A stretch of 64,000 nt of DNA from Monocercomonoides exilis PA203. Lineage: Eukaryota; Protista; Preaxostyla. Location of the stretch: the NCBI GenBank assembly GCA_001643675.2, contig LSRY02000018.1, positions 1,116,001 to 1,180,000 of the forward strand, given 5' to 3'. The position numbers and the translations under genes are program-made. Below are positions 1 through 12,708 of this stretch, piece by piece. Each line of letters begins with the position of its first letter. The first letter of the stretch is position 1. The notes below the pieces were generated by a model. The model worked only from the letters and a program-made list of their open reading frames with translations. It made no database searches and was not told where the DNA came from.

Positions 1-33
1 GGCTGTTTCGAGTCTGTAGTTGAGTGAAGACAG

Positions 34-1556
34 TCAAATGTCTCCAGCAAGTGCCGTCGCATCAGCCATGCCAATGTCAGCAAGTGAGAGCAGAGAGAAG
101 AACGACGTCCATTCTTTGGCCTGCTGGTGGGTGTATTGCTTGTGGATGATGGAAGAAGAGGCGAAAGAAGAAGAAGAGGCGGAAGAAGAAATAGATAATG
201 ATAATGAAGAAGATGATAATGAAGAAGAAGAAGAACATGAAGAAGAAGCATCATAAGAATCCTTCACTGAATCAACTTCCTCCATCTCTTTCTGATTTCT
301 TTCTCTTTCAAATGCCTCAATGAACTCCTGTGCGAGAATGTGGTCAACAACCATCTCATCAGTCACAATGTATGATGCACCATTAACACATTCACACAGA
401 AGTGCGAGGTGAGCAGGCAAAATCTTCAGCAGGTTCGCCAGTTGCATCATTACTCGTGAATAAAGCGCACTCGATCGAAGAGACTCAGAATGAGTGTTGT
501 ATAAATGTCCCCTCAGCGTTTCCTGCACAGATCAGGAGGAAGAAGAAGAGAAAGATAAGTTATTTCTTCTAATTTTGTTGGTTCTGCCTTTTTCTTCTTC
601 TTTCGCTGTTTCTCCTTCTTCTTCTGCTTGTCCTCTCTTTCACATTGTTTGTCTGTAAATTAATTTGTCTCTGCTCCTTTGCCACATGCTGTGCGACAGA
701 GTTGATGGAAGTCGTTCTGTTTTCCTTTTCCTCTGCCGTTTCAAAAAGGCTGCTGTTCTCCTTCAACAAGGACGGATAACAGTACAACAGCACTCCCAGC
801 ATAAAATTCTTCTTTGCCGAAAAAAGCATCTCTGTCTGCAGCATCGCAAACTCTTGCTTCACAGCCAGCGGCGGTACCTCATCCAAAATGCTTCCGTCTT
901 CCCACTTCGCAAAGAACACCGCTTCCCCGTCAGGCACCAGCCACCCGAAGCCTTCTCTCCACAGCTCTGCCAGCGCAATCATGTCCTGCTTCGGAAAGTC
1001 ATCTTCCGTGCCCTCTTTCGCAAAGTGCGCAGTGGCTCGACCGAAGTCGATGCGGTCGCTGCCAATGCCGTAGAGATGGTTCATTCAGTAGAACCGGTTG
1101 TGCTGTGTGCTGGCCAAATAGTCATTCTCTTCAGTTGCTTGAGAGAATGAAGGTTCCACTCCGGCTGTTTGTATCGCAGTGAAAAATGAATCTGCACCGC
1201 TTTTCTTCTCACTATCATAAAATTTGTAGTATGCTTGCTTGTTCTTTTTCAAAGCCGATCGAAATTTGGCAGACTTGTTCGCGATATGTTGAAAATCAAT
1301 GCAACTGTCAACTTCCATGGATTGATCAGCATCACAAGGTGGAATAACTCCAAGCCAGGAATAAAATGATGTGTATGTTGGAACAAAGGCCATGTTCAAA
1401 AGAGTCGAATGCGCCAAATTCATCATTAAAAAAAATGAAAAATAAAAGATCATGATCAATATTTATTATCAAAAAGGGATTATGCAACAGATTAGAGGCA
1501 AAAGAAAAGGAAGCTTCAGTGTTCATCGAAGAAGCAAATGCGTTAAACCCTATCAC
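34..1556 (-). pseudogene. Disrupted gene of unknown function with Ser-rich tract; probably a repeated family member or element cargo
   Basis: ORFs 1085-1459 and 569-1084 are in the same frame, separated by one TGA (1085-1087; F-Y-*-M-N-H). ORF 34-528 follows a plausible acceptor (..ctgtgcag|gaaacg). No domain recognised. Confidence 0.5.
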
Positions 1557-2899
1557 CTTTAATATAAAAAAAGATGATTTTTTAAATTAGTTGAAAATTT
1601 CATTGAATTTATGTTTTTTTGAAAATATTGAAATTTATTCTAACATTCATAGAATTATCAGAATAATGTCTTTGGGAAAATAGAAAGATTCTGTCATATT
1701 CATTATTTAACAAAAATGCCAATGTTCCAAATTACTCGGAATATCCTTTATCCAACTTTTTATTAATTACTTTCAAAACACTTAATTGATTGGAAGTTGG
1801 GGTCAACTTTACATCATTTTATTATAGAAAGAAAAATGAAACAAATAACATAACTGTTTGTATCATAAAATACAATTATTAAAATATTCTTAAAACAAAG
1901 CAAACGATGAAAGGAAAATGTACAAATTAAATCATCAAATTTCTAGAATTTTCAAACCGAAATTTTCCCCGATTCGATTTATTGAAAAAAGATAACATAA
2001 ACGACAACAATTACAAAGAAAAAGAAAAGGGGGGAGACGAGGAAGAAAAAGAAGAGCAGAAATTCCAATTGAAATTCTTTTGCTTGTTTGACGAAGATCG
2101 AAGAGGATGAAAAGCACAGAAAGAAGAAAATGATTTTGAATAAGCGTTAGAAAAAAAAAGTGAAGCTATTCATTAATGTGTGCGTGATATGGAGTCTTAA
2201 GTTCAATGATCTTCAGTAGTTGTCTCACTGTTTGCGCTCTGCTGCGAATGCTGCTAATGCTGAAGAGACCATGGTTGCATCAAAGACGCACTTCACGAAG
2301 GTGCTGAGCGCTTCCTTTCCAAAGCAATGCCACCGCCCTGGCTTAAAAAAGTCGCCAATCGCAGAAGATGCATTATTCGATGGGGAGGAGGCTGAGTATG
2401 TACTTCTGCAACATGAATGAATTTCGTTCTGAAAGATAGAAGAATGATAATTGAAAAATAATTGCAGTCAAAGAACTGAGAGGCAAAGAACTGAAATAAG
2501 ATGATAATTGATAATCATTAAACAGGAACGCAATTATCAAAATTATTGCATTTTGTTTACTGCTGATGAAAGGCAGTGATGAAAAAGAAAGAAGATAAAG
2601 TTGAAAAAACTCGAGAACAATGCATTGAGGATATGTTTGAAAGCAAAAAATAAAAGGTATTAAATAACAAAAGCAAAACGATAAAATACAATAAAATGGA
2701 CAGATAAAGAGATTGCAAAACCTTGATCAAACTTTTGTTAATTTCAACATCGGTTTTCTAAGATAATGAATTACGCCATCACTTTTTTTCTCACAGAATT
2801 GATCTTTTAAAAATGTTTCTGTTTCCACAGGAACACTGGATGTTTGAATATATTTTTCAAATTAATATCATTGGCAAATAACATTCCTTATAAGTTCTT

Positions 2900-3156
2900 C
2901 CAAAATTCAACAGAATTTAGTGCTCTCTATTTTCAAAAGCAAGACAACGAATTTTGATAATTAAAGTATGGGTTTCGATATAAATTTTTTCTCTTTTGAA
3001 ACATTATCAAAATCAATACACAATTATAGAAAATATAATCTAATAATTATTTAAAAAATTTTATAATTTAAAAAAAAAAAAAAATAAAAAAAAAAAACAC
3101 TGAGTGACGAAGTGACTGACGAATGATTTTGCTTTTTAGGGTGACGCAGAGGTTTA
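2900..3156. mobile_element. Terminus of a TIR element related to the 45502-49222 element (inverted orientation); other end not found in window
   Basis: Reverse complement from 3156 reads TAAACCT...CGTCAGTCACTTCGTCACTCAGTG-poly(T), matching the 45502 end TAAACCT...CGTCAGTGATTTCTGTTCACGTCAGTG-poly(T). A coding relic YGFRY lies ~190 bp inside, equivalent to YGIRY in the other element. Confidence 0.6.
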
Positions 3157-4995
3157 ATTGTTATAATTAATTGAAACTCAAATCGATCGGAAATAAGCAA
3201 ATAAACAATGTTGAAAAACATCAAAAAATAAAAATGATCAATGTCCCATAATATTTTCTTTTGAAAAGCAAGATATTTATTATTCAATTCTAAGACTTTG
3301 TGGAGTTTGAAACGATTTTTCAATCCTGTATTTGAAGAAAAGGTTTAATTGTTATTGTTAAACTTGGGAAGTTGAGACCTATATATTCTTTGATCTATCA
3401 TTATTCTTTCTAAATAAGAAAATACTCGATATATCCACTTTTACGTAAAAATGTATTTGTAAAACAGTGGAAATGCAAAACACAGGTTGATGAATGCATG
3501 TCTAATGGTATATTTATAAATTTTTATTGATATTATAGATTATTAAAAAATCAATTATTTTTTTTGTTGTTTCAATATAGAAACATTTATTTTGCATTTG
3601 GCTCCTGAAAAAAGTTTCGATTATAAATGAAACCTACAATTCATTGTTTATGAATGCAATGGTAATGTTGGAAAAGGCGAATCGCGGTTTCAGAAAGGAG
3701 GAAAGGAAAGAAGGATTGGAATGTGTGTTGAAAAGATAGTATTTTCGGAAAGGATTTGAAAAACATGAATGAGAGGAATGCACAGGAGGAAAATATAGAT
3801 ATTTTGATGAATCAAATAAAACAATGGAGACAACGGAGAAGAAGAAGAAAGGTGTGATTGGAAGACTTTTTTCAGAGGTATTTAGGAAAGATGAATAGAA
3901 TAAAAGCAAATGGACTGAGATTTGAATGTGCAGCGAAGCTGGGACTGAAGGAAGGAATGGGAAGGTGCGGAGTGTTTGAAAAAGTTGGTCAAGAATTCTT
4001 GCGCTTGGTTATTGGGCTTGGTATTAATGGAAAGTCTGGCGAAGAGGATGACGAAGAAGAATTGCGGATTGCAGATATTGCGATGTGAAAATGAAATGGG
4101 GCGAGGAGTGTTTGTGGGTGTGATGATTCCACGCTCAGCAAGGTTGTTGGCGATGTTGATGAAAGCGATGGATGCTGTGTGTTTCGGAGGAGAAAAGTTG
4201 GGAAAAGCAGACAGAAGAAACGAGAGAGGATGGTGGGTGGCAGGCTGTTGTGGAGTGAGGATGAAGATGAAGCGGAGGAAAGGATGCTGGATGGGCATAT
4301 GCATCATGGAGCAGATATGCTCGACAAGAGAGGTTGAGGGGCAGTTGGCATTAGGAAGTGCGAGAAAAGAAAAGGGAAATGGAGAACATTGGGAGGGTGT
4401 GGAACTTGCTGCAACAAGAGAAGGAAGATGAAGGTAAGGGGAGAAGTTAAATGATGCAATGTATTGAAGAATGAGGTTATCTCCGAAAATTCACAAAAGA
4501 TTGCCTTGTGGTTTTACAGAGAGATTTAAAACTTTGCATTCTTTGTTATTTTTTCTCGCATTGTTGATTTTTTTTCATTTCATCCTTTTTTTCGTTCATT
4601 GCTGTTTATGGTTTATTGTTGTTCGTGTAAAATTATTTTTTTTCCTGTTTTTGACAAAAGATTCACAACAAGCTCGATTATAACTATGTATACATGTTTT
4701 ATTTTGGCTTTGCAAAGCTGCTTACGTTTGTAAACGCATTTATAAAAGAAATGAGTGCGAATTAGTAAAAACTTGCATAAATAAAAAACAATTAATTCAA
4801 TTATTCATCTTTTTCAAAGTTTTATTAATTAAAGATAAAATAATAGCAATGAATAAATTAGGAATTCAAATAATTGGAAAAAAATCACAAAGCCAGTTCA
4901 AAAAATTGCTTCTGCCTGGATCAGAAATTATTCACCACTATCAAGTGAATGATTCGATATTTGTGGTGCAGCATTCGAATCTATTTTTTTTTAAC

Positions 4996-6330
4996 TCAAC
5001 AGCTATTATTAGTAACTGTGGTGAAGTGTGTGCAAATAACAATTCCAAGATAGGATTCTCCTTCAGACCTGGGATTATCCCTTTTTTTAGCAAGCTTAAA
5101 TATTTCTATATCAGCAGGCATCACAAACACACTCGGCGATGAGCTTCTTGCTGCGTTGTGGTTGATCCCCACATTACCCACCTCCAGTTGGCCAGAAGAT
5201 ACGCTGAACAGCGTTGTTGCAGACAAAGAAAGCGCACTCGTCCCAATCACACTCACTGTCTTCCCTCTCCCAACAACTGAAATCTTCTTTTCACCAACAC
5301 TGATCGTCGCCCCTTCACTCACATGCCTCCCACTCAGCAACGTGATTGTCGAGCTCAGCTGCGCCATGCTCGACCCCACCGCATGCCCCACTGACTTGCA
5401 CGGCGCTGCCTCACTCATCCCACACAGATTGCTTGCGTCATTCCCACCCACCCCAACAAACCGATCCTTCATCCCCTCCTTCAGCCAATCCTTCTTTTCT
5501 GTGTGCTGATATTGCCAACCGCCTGAATAATATTCATAGCACACTCTCGTATCATCGCTATTCGTTGTATATGATTCATGGAACGGGTTGGCCGATGAGA
5601 ACAGATTGTTTCCATCATAAAAATACACATCGTGGCCATATGGAGTGGTATCAGTGTAACTGCAATCATGGAAGAAGAAGAAATAGCAATAAATGTTGTT
5701 GCTTGGAGCAGTTTGTTGGTTTGGATCAAATCTCATTCCTCCGCCATATGAATATGCCGAACAAGAAATAAATTGGAGGCTCCTCATTTTGAATGCAGCT
5801 GGAACATTGAAACAGCACATCCCTCCGCCGCTAGTGCTTGAAAGTGAGCACGAAGTGAATAAGCATTCAAACACACAAGCGCTCTCTCCTTTACCGCTTT
5901 CTGTTCCGAAACATCCGGATCCAGAAACCTGAAAAGACACAAGACAAAGTCCTCCTCCTGAATTACTCGCCTTGCAACTCTTGAATTCGCAACCACTTAT
6001 CCCGACACGTTCTGTAATATAGCCAATAAACATTCCTCCGCCACAAAAATTTTGGGCACTACAAGCATTGAATGAGCTGTTTTCGATTTTGATTGAATTG
6101 ATAGAACGGCACATAATTCCTCCACCATCATAATGCGCATAGCAGTTGTTGAACGAACAAAATCTCACCGAAAGTGTTCCCGTTGCATTTCCACACATGA
6201 AAATCGTTCCGCCATTTGAAGTTCCATAAGAATAACCAGCGCTTGTCCCAGTTGTTTTTGAGCCATTCCACACACACCCGGTAAACGAATTCGTCCAGTG
6301 AACGAAATGATCTTCCTTCCTCACATGCAT
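4996..6330 (-). pseudogene. Truncated fragment of the giant beta-helix surface receptor family (N-terminal GGG-repeat beta-helix plus first CG..PC module)
   Basis: Repeated GGG[IMLF] / F..C.A motifs, 'FFFFHDC..GHDVYF' and 'CGMSEAAPCKSVGHA' are homologous to roughly aa 270-630 of the 15960 ORF. No signal peptide, TM or kinase; homology stops near 5120. Confidence 0.75.
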
Positions 6331-6662
6331 TTATATGATTTATTGAAATCATGATCAATTTCAAAAGATGTGTTCATTTGCAAAGACCTAAAAATTAAAA
6401 ATCAAAAATTCTTATGATTACAAAAATAAATAACAATTATTTTCAAACATGAATATTTAAAATACGCAATGAAGTCAAAAAAATCCCATATCAAATATGA
6501 AAAGTATTTTACAGCGGGATAGATCAAAAAAATTTTTAATTATGGGACGTTGATCATTTATATTTTTTGATGTTTTTCAACATTGTTTATTTGCTTATTT
6601 CCGATCAATTTGAGTTTCAATTAATTATAACAATTTATAATTTGTGAATTTTAGATTTTTTA

Positions 6663-8059
6663 ATGCCTTCAACAAAATGGTACAATTCAGACCTATGCCT
6701 GTGTGAAATGGAACAATTCGAACAAGGTTTTGAAGGATGGACCGGGTCAAAAGAAGACGGGAGCATCACTCCCACCGGGACCTTATTTAGTAGCAAGACT
6801 CAACTGGTAGCACAAAAAGGAGAGCAGTGGTGGAACTGCGGCTTTCGAAGAAGCAATGTTCCCGACGCAATAATCACAGAAGCAAAAAATTATGTATCGA
6901 CTTCAACTTAGTTTGCCTTAAAATTGGGATTCGTTAATTTTGCTCAGGCATGAACTGAGCAAAATTGTGGAGAATTTCCTTAAGATTTCGTGGAATGGTG
7001 TCGAAGGTGTGCCATGCTTTTTGTCAAATAAAAAGAAAAGGGATTCCCCAACACATGCTTGTGCGCCACGAGATCTGCAATTTTTCTATTCTCAAGAATA
7101 AGTTATGGAGAAGACATTGGGCAAGTCCCAATATTTAAGACAGTCTTCCGCTCCTTCCACCGTTCCCATGTTCCAAGAAAACCTTACACATATATGTGGT
7201 CGCCCACCTTGGTTTTCGATTTCTACGACTCACGGCCAAACAATATTGATCTATCCTTCAACGAACTTACAGTTAAGTGCATAATGCTTTGAGGGCTATT
7301 TACAGCATGCCGCTTCCACGAACTCGAACAACTATCGATGAGCAAATCCATTTTCAACAACGATGCCATCCACCTCCACACCACCTGAAAACTTCCATTC
7401 CACCGAGTTATCTTGCAATTCCTTTCTTAGGAGAAGTGGATAGGAATATTTGCCCAGCAAGAGCTGTCAACTGCCTTTGGGAAAGAGTTCGAAGAACCTA
7501 CGAATCGGGAGACACATTTCTTCTGAACACGACGCATCACTCACCGCTGAAGACTTCAGGAATTAGAAAACTGGCAAAACTCGGAATGATGCAGGTGGGG
7601 ATCCTACAGGAGTTCAGACCATACACAGTCAAGCATGCAGCCATTTCCGCCTTAATCTTGAAGGGAGTACCGGAAGTGTTTATAGCGAAACATGCTCGCC
7701 TATCGCCGACAGCTCACACTCCAACGCGCTCCTCCCTTAGAGCCAACCTTGCATCCAACATGGCCCACGCACTGGCTGCTCCTCGACAGGAAGATCTAAC
7801 CGCACTTATTGCTTGCAACTGCCCATCCACTACCTATGCACCATTTCCACCAGCCTCCGCCTCACAGGAAACAACAAGCCTCTTCTCAAGAACAACTGCA
7901 TTACCACGAACAACCATTGAGGAACTGAACAACCAACTCAATTCTCAAGTTCCAAGCGCACAGACAGTGGAGTCTTCAAGAGAATGCAGCAGAATTGAAT
8001 ATACCACAATTAGAACAGTTCAGACAAGTGAAATTGGTCACATTCATGCAGACATATAA
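6663..8059 (+). mobile_element. Degenerate DIRS/Crypton-type tyrosine recombinase gene
   Basis: Reading through stops gives 'YMWSPTLVFDF', 'LFTACRFHEL' (catalytic R), 'HLKTS' (K), 'ICPARAV', 'PYTVKHAAIS' and 'KHARLS'. In-frame stops at 6909, 6951, 7028 and 7290 and a frameshift near 7380. Confidence 0.8.
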
Positions 8060-8245
8060 CAATTGCCAACTATTATAACTCCCATAACATGAAGTGTTGT
8101 TGTTTTGTTTGTTCTTTACGAAATAAATAATATACCATAACAAACACTTTGATCATATAAAAAAAAAGAAATCTGATGTCCCGGTAAAAAACCCATTTAC
8201 CTGCATTTGATTCAGGAATATCTACATTTTCTTTTTATCCACCAT

Positions 8246-8246
<1 letters not shown>

Positions 8247-8309
<63 letters not shown>
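8247..8309 (+). repeat. 63-nt poly(T) tract
   Basis: Uninterrupted T run directly visible. Confidence 0.95.
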
Positions 8310-8403
8310 CGAAAATGTGCAAAACCCTTAATATTTTCTTTCAATTCCCATAACAATAGCATAATCGTTGATCGTGTACTTTAACCAAAATAATAAGTGT
8401 AAA

Positions 8404-9651
8404 ATGGATAAAGAATCATTTGAATCAACTGAACATAATATCCCGCAACCAATAAGGGAATTTGCAATGAGTTTGCCAGAGGATCTTAAGAATAAATGCA
8501 TAGGCCTCTTTTCAAAGTTCTTGCCTTCTTTGCCTTTGCCAATCGACTTGGAAGAATTTTCCGAAACTCTCAGCATTGCAGAAAAGGCAGAATTTTGGAA
8601 AGCAGTCTCTCAAGTTCAGGCTCAATTTGTTAACCCCGTTCCATTGCCAAGTTTGCCCACTTCTGACAACATTAACGCATGTACTGCAACACCTCCAAAT
8701 CTTGATGGAAATAATAATTCAGTTCCAGTTTCAGACGAAGTTAGTTGCGATCCCTCTACAAATCCAGGTGCAGCTGCTCCGAAGAATAAATGGGAATTAA
8801 GCTTTGTTGCGCCAATTATTGACGAAGAAGGTGTTCCTTCTCGGCAATTCTTTTCTCAGCTGATGGAAGGGATAAAAGCAGTAAAAGAGCCAGAGAAAGA
8901 AAAAACTCCATTTTTACGTTCGACAGACGTTCAACGCGAAGTTGCCAGGAAATCAATAGAAAATAACACTTTTCAAAACGATAAATGCCTTGATGAAGAT
9001 CAAAAAGCTGTGATAACTGAATTTAAGCGAGTTTGGGGAAAAGAGAAGAAAAGAGTTGCTTGCAACAAAAAGTTTTGCATCGATGACGAATGCATGCTGA
9101 ATTGCCTCTCAGTTGTACTTTTTTTTGGAACAGGTATGTTGATTGCCGGATGTGTTTTGTTGGGATGTAATTTATTATCTGAAAGCGGGCTAGCACTTAT
9201 TATTGTTGGATCGCTAATTATTATTATCTATGTAATCCTGTCAATTTGCATGTGCTGCCCTTTCTGTATGAATTCTTTAGGAACGGAAAGAGATTTATCC
9301 TCGAATGAATTTTATTTTGATTTGAAAGAATGTGTAAGGTTGTGTGTGGAAAAAAGAGTTAAGAATTGGAGGAGAAGAAAGGAATGGAGATGGCTTATGA
9401 TAAGAAAAGAAAGAGAGGCTGAAAAAAAGATTGATAAAGAGGAAGAAGAAAGAAAGAAAAAGGAAGAAAACGAGAAATTAAGTCGCGAGGCCGCAATTGA
9501 AATGGAGAAGCTGCAAATGAAACAAGTCATGACAGCTGGTACAAGTGGAGCAGGAAATGATAAGTTCACCAATCAAGCTTTCAGTTCTTCAGTGGCTGTG
9601 GAAATGGAAGTTGGAACAGAAGCAATTATGAAAGAAGACGAATATATTTGA
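8404..9651 (+). CDS. Hypothetical membrane protein with two TM helices, juxtamembrane Cys cluster and charged coiled coil
   Basis: Intact ORF from ATG 8404 (415 aa). Hydrophobic segments LSVVLFFGTGMLIAGCVLLG and LALIIVGSLIIIIYVILSI, followed by CMCCPFC and a K/E/R-rich helix. Confidence 0.75.
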   Translation: MDKESFESTEHNIPQPIREFAMSLPEDLKNKCIGLFSKFLPSLPLPIDLEEFSETLSIAEKAEFWKAVSQVQAQFVNPVPLPSLPTSDNINACTATPPNLDGNNNSVPVSDEVSCDPSTNPGAAAPKNKWELSFVAPIIDEEGVPSRQFFSQLMEGIKAVKEPEKEKTPFLRSTDVQREVARKSIENNTFQNDKCLDEDQKAVITEFKRVWGKEKKRVACNKKFCIDDECMLNCLSVVLFFGTGMLIAGCVLLGCNLLSESGLALIIVGSLIIIIYVILSICMCCPFCMNSLGTERDLSSNEFYFDLKECVRLCVEKRVKNWRRRKEWRWLMIRKEREAEKKIDKEEEERKKKEENEKLSREAAIEMEKLQMKQVMTAGTSGAGNDKFTNQAFSSSVAVEMEVGTEAIMKEDEYI

Positions 9652-10347
9652 GACGCACAAGCAAGCTTGATTGTTGAGGTATTTTTTTTATCTAATCGCC
9701 AATTGTTTGTTAAATATTATATTCGAATATGTGTTTTTATGTTGACAAACATTTTTATGTTGATTTTCATTTTATTTTGAATTGCGCTTTTAAAGATAAT
9801 TCTTTTTCATTGTGAAAGTTTATGTTGATTTTTTATTGATGATAAAATTTGTGATTGTCTATTTTATTTCATTTCATTTATCTTTTCTTTCCAAAGATAA
9901 TGTTTTATTATGCTTTTGTAATTCAGAACATATTTTTTTTTGCAATAATTTAATGAAAATTATTTATTAATCATTTGTTGAATAATCAATTTGGAAATTA
10001 AATACTTTCAAACTTGTTTTGTCCAAATCAAGTTTTTCAAAAATTTTATTGACTTTGATAATTCTTTATAATTGGAATTTCACTGACTTTTCTTTTCCTT
10101 CAATCCTTTGAATTGTGTTTTAAAAATAAATATGATCATTTTTTTTCTTTTATTCAATTTACAAAAGTGTAAAAACACATATTTGTTATTGAATATAAAA
10201 ATTACAATTAAAATTTATAAGTAATTTTGTGATTTTTACTAAAAAAATTGTCTTTGATCATTTCTTTTAATTTTTTCTTCAAAGTTGAATTAAGGAATAT
10301 TTCAACGGTTTGAAAAATCGTTTTTTAAGTTTTTAACTTAAGGAAAC

Positions 10348-12310
10348 ATGTCAAGGCAAATTGTTACTTGCTTTGAAGACTATCAAAAAGCACGCATTTC
10401 ATTTGTACAAAACATTGCAACTTTTGCGGAGAGGCCACAAAATATTGATGCATTAAAAGAGTCAGGGGTGATGCTTCTGCTGAAACCTCTCATTACAGAT
10501 CCAGTTCCATCTGTTTGCTTATCAGCTTCTCTTGCTCTTGGCCGACTTGCAAATGCTTCAGAAGAAATGGCAGAGGCTGTCGTTCAAAATGACATTTTAC
10601 CTCAATTAGTTACTAGTCTGAAGGAACAAAATGCATGAGAAACATTCAATTTTATATAACTTATTTTTTATTATATTCCATTTGTAAAATTTTTTTTTAC
10701 TTTTTAGAAATTCTTCAAGAAATCTGCTGCATTTATCATTCGTTCTGTTGTAAAACACAATGCAGCCCTTGCGCAAGCAGTAGTTGAAAGTGGAGCTTTG
10801 GAATCACTTGTTTCATGCCTTCGTATGAATTCTTTTCAGCAATTGAAGATTGAAGACAAATGAAATGTTTTTGTATTTTTAAGAGGAATTTGACCCTGGA
10901 TGCAAAGAATCAGCACTGTTTGCATTAGGCTACATTGCACGTCATAATGGAGGTTTTTGTTTTTCTTGTTATTTATTACCTGAAGTTTTATCCTGAATAT
11001 TTTTAGATCTTGCCCAGTTTGTTGTTGATGCTGGGGCAGTTCCTCTAACTGTTCTTTGCTTACAGGAGCCAGAAGTCTGCTTTGTTTTTATTGTTGCATA
11101 ATCATTTTTTGGATTGTTAATTCTTTTTTATCAAAACATCAATCGTTTCATTATTAATCCATTTCATTATGCAGCTCACTTTGAAGCGTGTATCAGCATC
11201 AACACTTGCTGATATCGCAAAGCACACGCCTGAGCTTGCACAGGTTGTAGCAGACAGCGGAGGGATTGGCTATCTTGTTCCTTTTGTCTCGTCGGCAGAC
11301 ACAAAGTTAAAGATGCAGGCAACAGCATGCCTGGCGCAAATAGCAAAGCACTCGGTTGATCTTGCTGAGCAGATTGTTGGTGCTGAGCTGTTCCCACGTG
11401 TTTTGGACTGTCTGAAGGACTCAGATGCTTCTGTGAGGAAGAACGCAGCCACACTTATCAGAGAAATTGCAAAGCATTCTTTGGATGTATGCGCTTTATG
11501 CTAGTTCTTTTCCTCATTTATTTTTTTAAACATTCTTGATATATTCTCTACAAATGGTTGTTAATGAAATGTTCAATAAAAATGTCTTCTGTGTAAACAA
11601 TTTGTTTAATCACATCGTTTCTGATGCAGCTTGCAAAGTACATTTCCGACATGGGCGGTATCCCTGCAGTCGTCGCCTTCACCAACGAGACACTTGGCGC
11701 TGATAGACTTCCTGGTGTGATGTGTGTTGGGTACATTGCTGCCTTCTCTGAGGCACTTGCACTGAAAGTGATCACCTCCAAGGGAATAGCGCCGTTGGTG
11801 CACTGTGTTGTAACAGAGCCCGCAGACTACCTCAAAGCAGCAGCAGCCTGGGCACTGGGGCAGATTGGGCGGCACTCGGCTGACCACGCAAAGGCTGTGG
11901 CAGATGAAGGCGTTCTGCCAAAGCTAGTGACTGTGATGGTACACGAGAAGGCTACAGACGATCTGCGCGCTAAATGCAAAGCAGCTTTAAAGGCGATCAT
12001 CGGAAAGTGTGTGTTTCTGCCTGCGCTGGAGCCACTTCTGCTGCAGCCAGCAGCGCCGAAGGAGATTCTGAAGTACATCGTAGAGCAGTATGCGAAGGTT
12101 CTTCCGTCAGATGTGGAAGGCAGAAAGCAGTTTGTATCGTGCGGCGGGCTGCAAAGGATTCAGGAGCTGGATGCTGCAGCTGAGGAAGGGTCGAGGCTGA
12201 AGACAGCGATTTCTCAGGTGAATGCGTGCTATCCAGTCGAGGTGGTGCGTTACTACACACCAGGATACAAAAGCGAGCTGTTCCAGAAGATCGAAGAGTT
12301 CAGACCTTAA
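10348..12310 (+). CDS. SPAG6: Sperm-associated antigen 6 / PF16, armadillo-repeat central-pair axonemal protein; exons 10348-10632, 10708-10822, 10884-10952, 11007-11074, 11175-11486, 11630-12310
   Basis: MSRQIVTCFEDYQKARISFVQ N-terminus, EFDPGCKE..ALGYIARH, LGQIGRHS and YPVEVVRYYTPGY C-terminus. The spliced phases sum to a 509-aa ORF. Confidence 0.96.
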
Positions 12311-12708
12311 ATCTTACTCTGTCACTTTGCTTTTCTTCTTCAAAAAATTCCTTTCATTAACTTCACCTTCTCTTCAACCAGTAGATGCATTTGCAAGCAC
12401 GAAAATCAGTTAGTTAAATGATTTTTGTGGTTGTCTGAACAATTTTCATCATTTCCTCGGTTGGGTCTTACTCATTTTCAACACAACGCTTTTTAAGTGC
12501 CTTCATTTCCTGTTTCCTTTTTCATTTGTAAAAGGGTTATGTGATAATTTCTCACCTCATTTTTTATTTTCAAAAAAACTTTTTCGTACAACACAACAAA
12601 TGATCATTTTGTAATTATATTTTCGTTCAAGTTTGCACAAAAACATTGTTACAATCATAAATAATAAAAATTATATTAATAAATACAAACAGTTAAATGA
12701 ATTTTTGA

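Noticed and set aside
1085-1087. In-frame TGA codons (also 6951, 7290, 49871, 49937) suggesting TGA recoding or selenocysteine
   Set aside because: TGA terminates intact genes (9651, 28577), and most of these relics also contain TAA/TAG stops and frameshifts, so decay explains them.
2740-2920. Minus-strand 'VEFWKN...TSSVPVE' resembling an hAT dimerisation domain
   Set aside because: It needs a frameshift, is short, and conflicts with the better-supported plus-strand YGFRY relic, so it was not used to classify the element.
3150-3355. 15-bp direct repeat AGGTTTAATTGTTAT at 3150 and 3341
   Set aside because: AT-rich, only two copies, and no subterminal motifs at the second copy; cannot be distinguished from chance or a small local duplication.
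3634-4431. Purine-skewed coding-like stretch
   Set aside because: No frame gives a recognisable protein; probably a decayed gene fragment, but it cannot be called.
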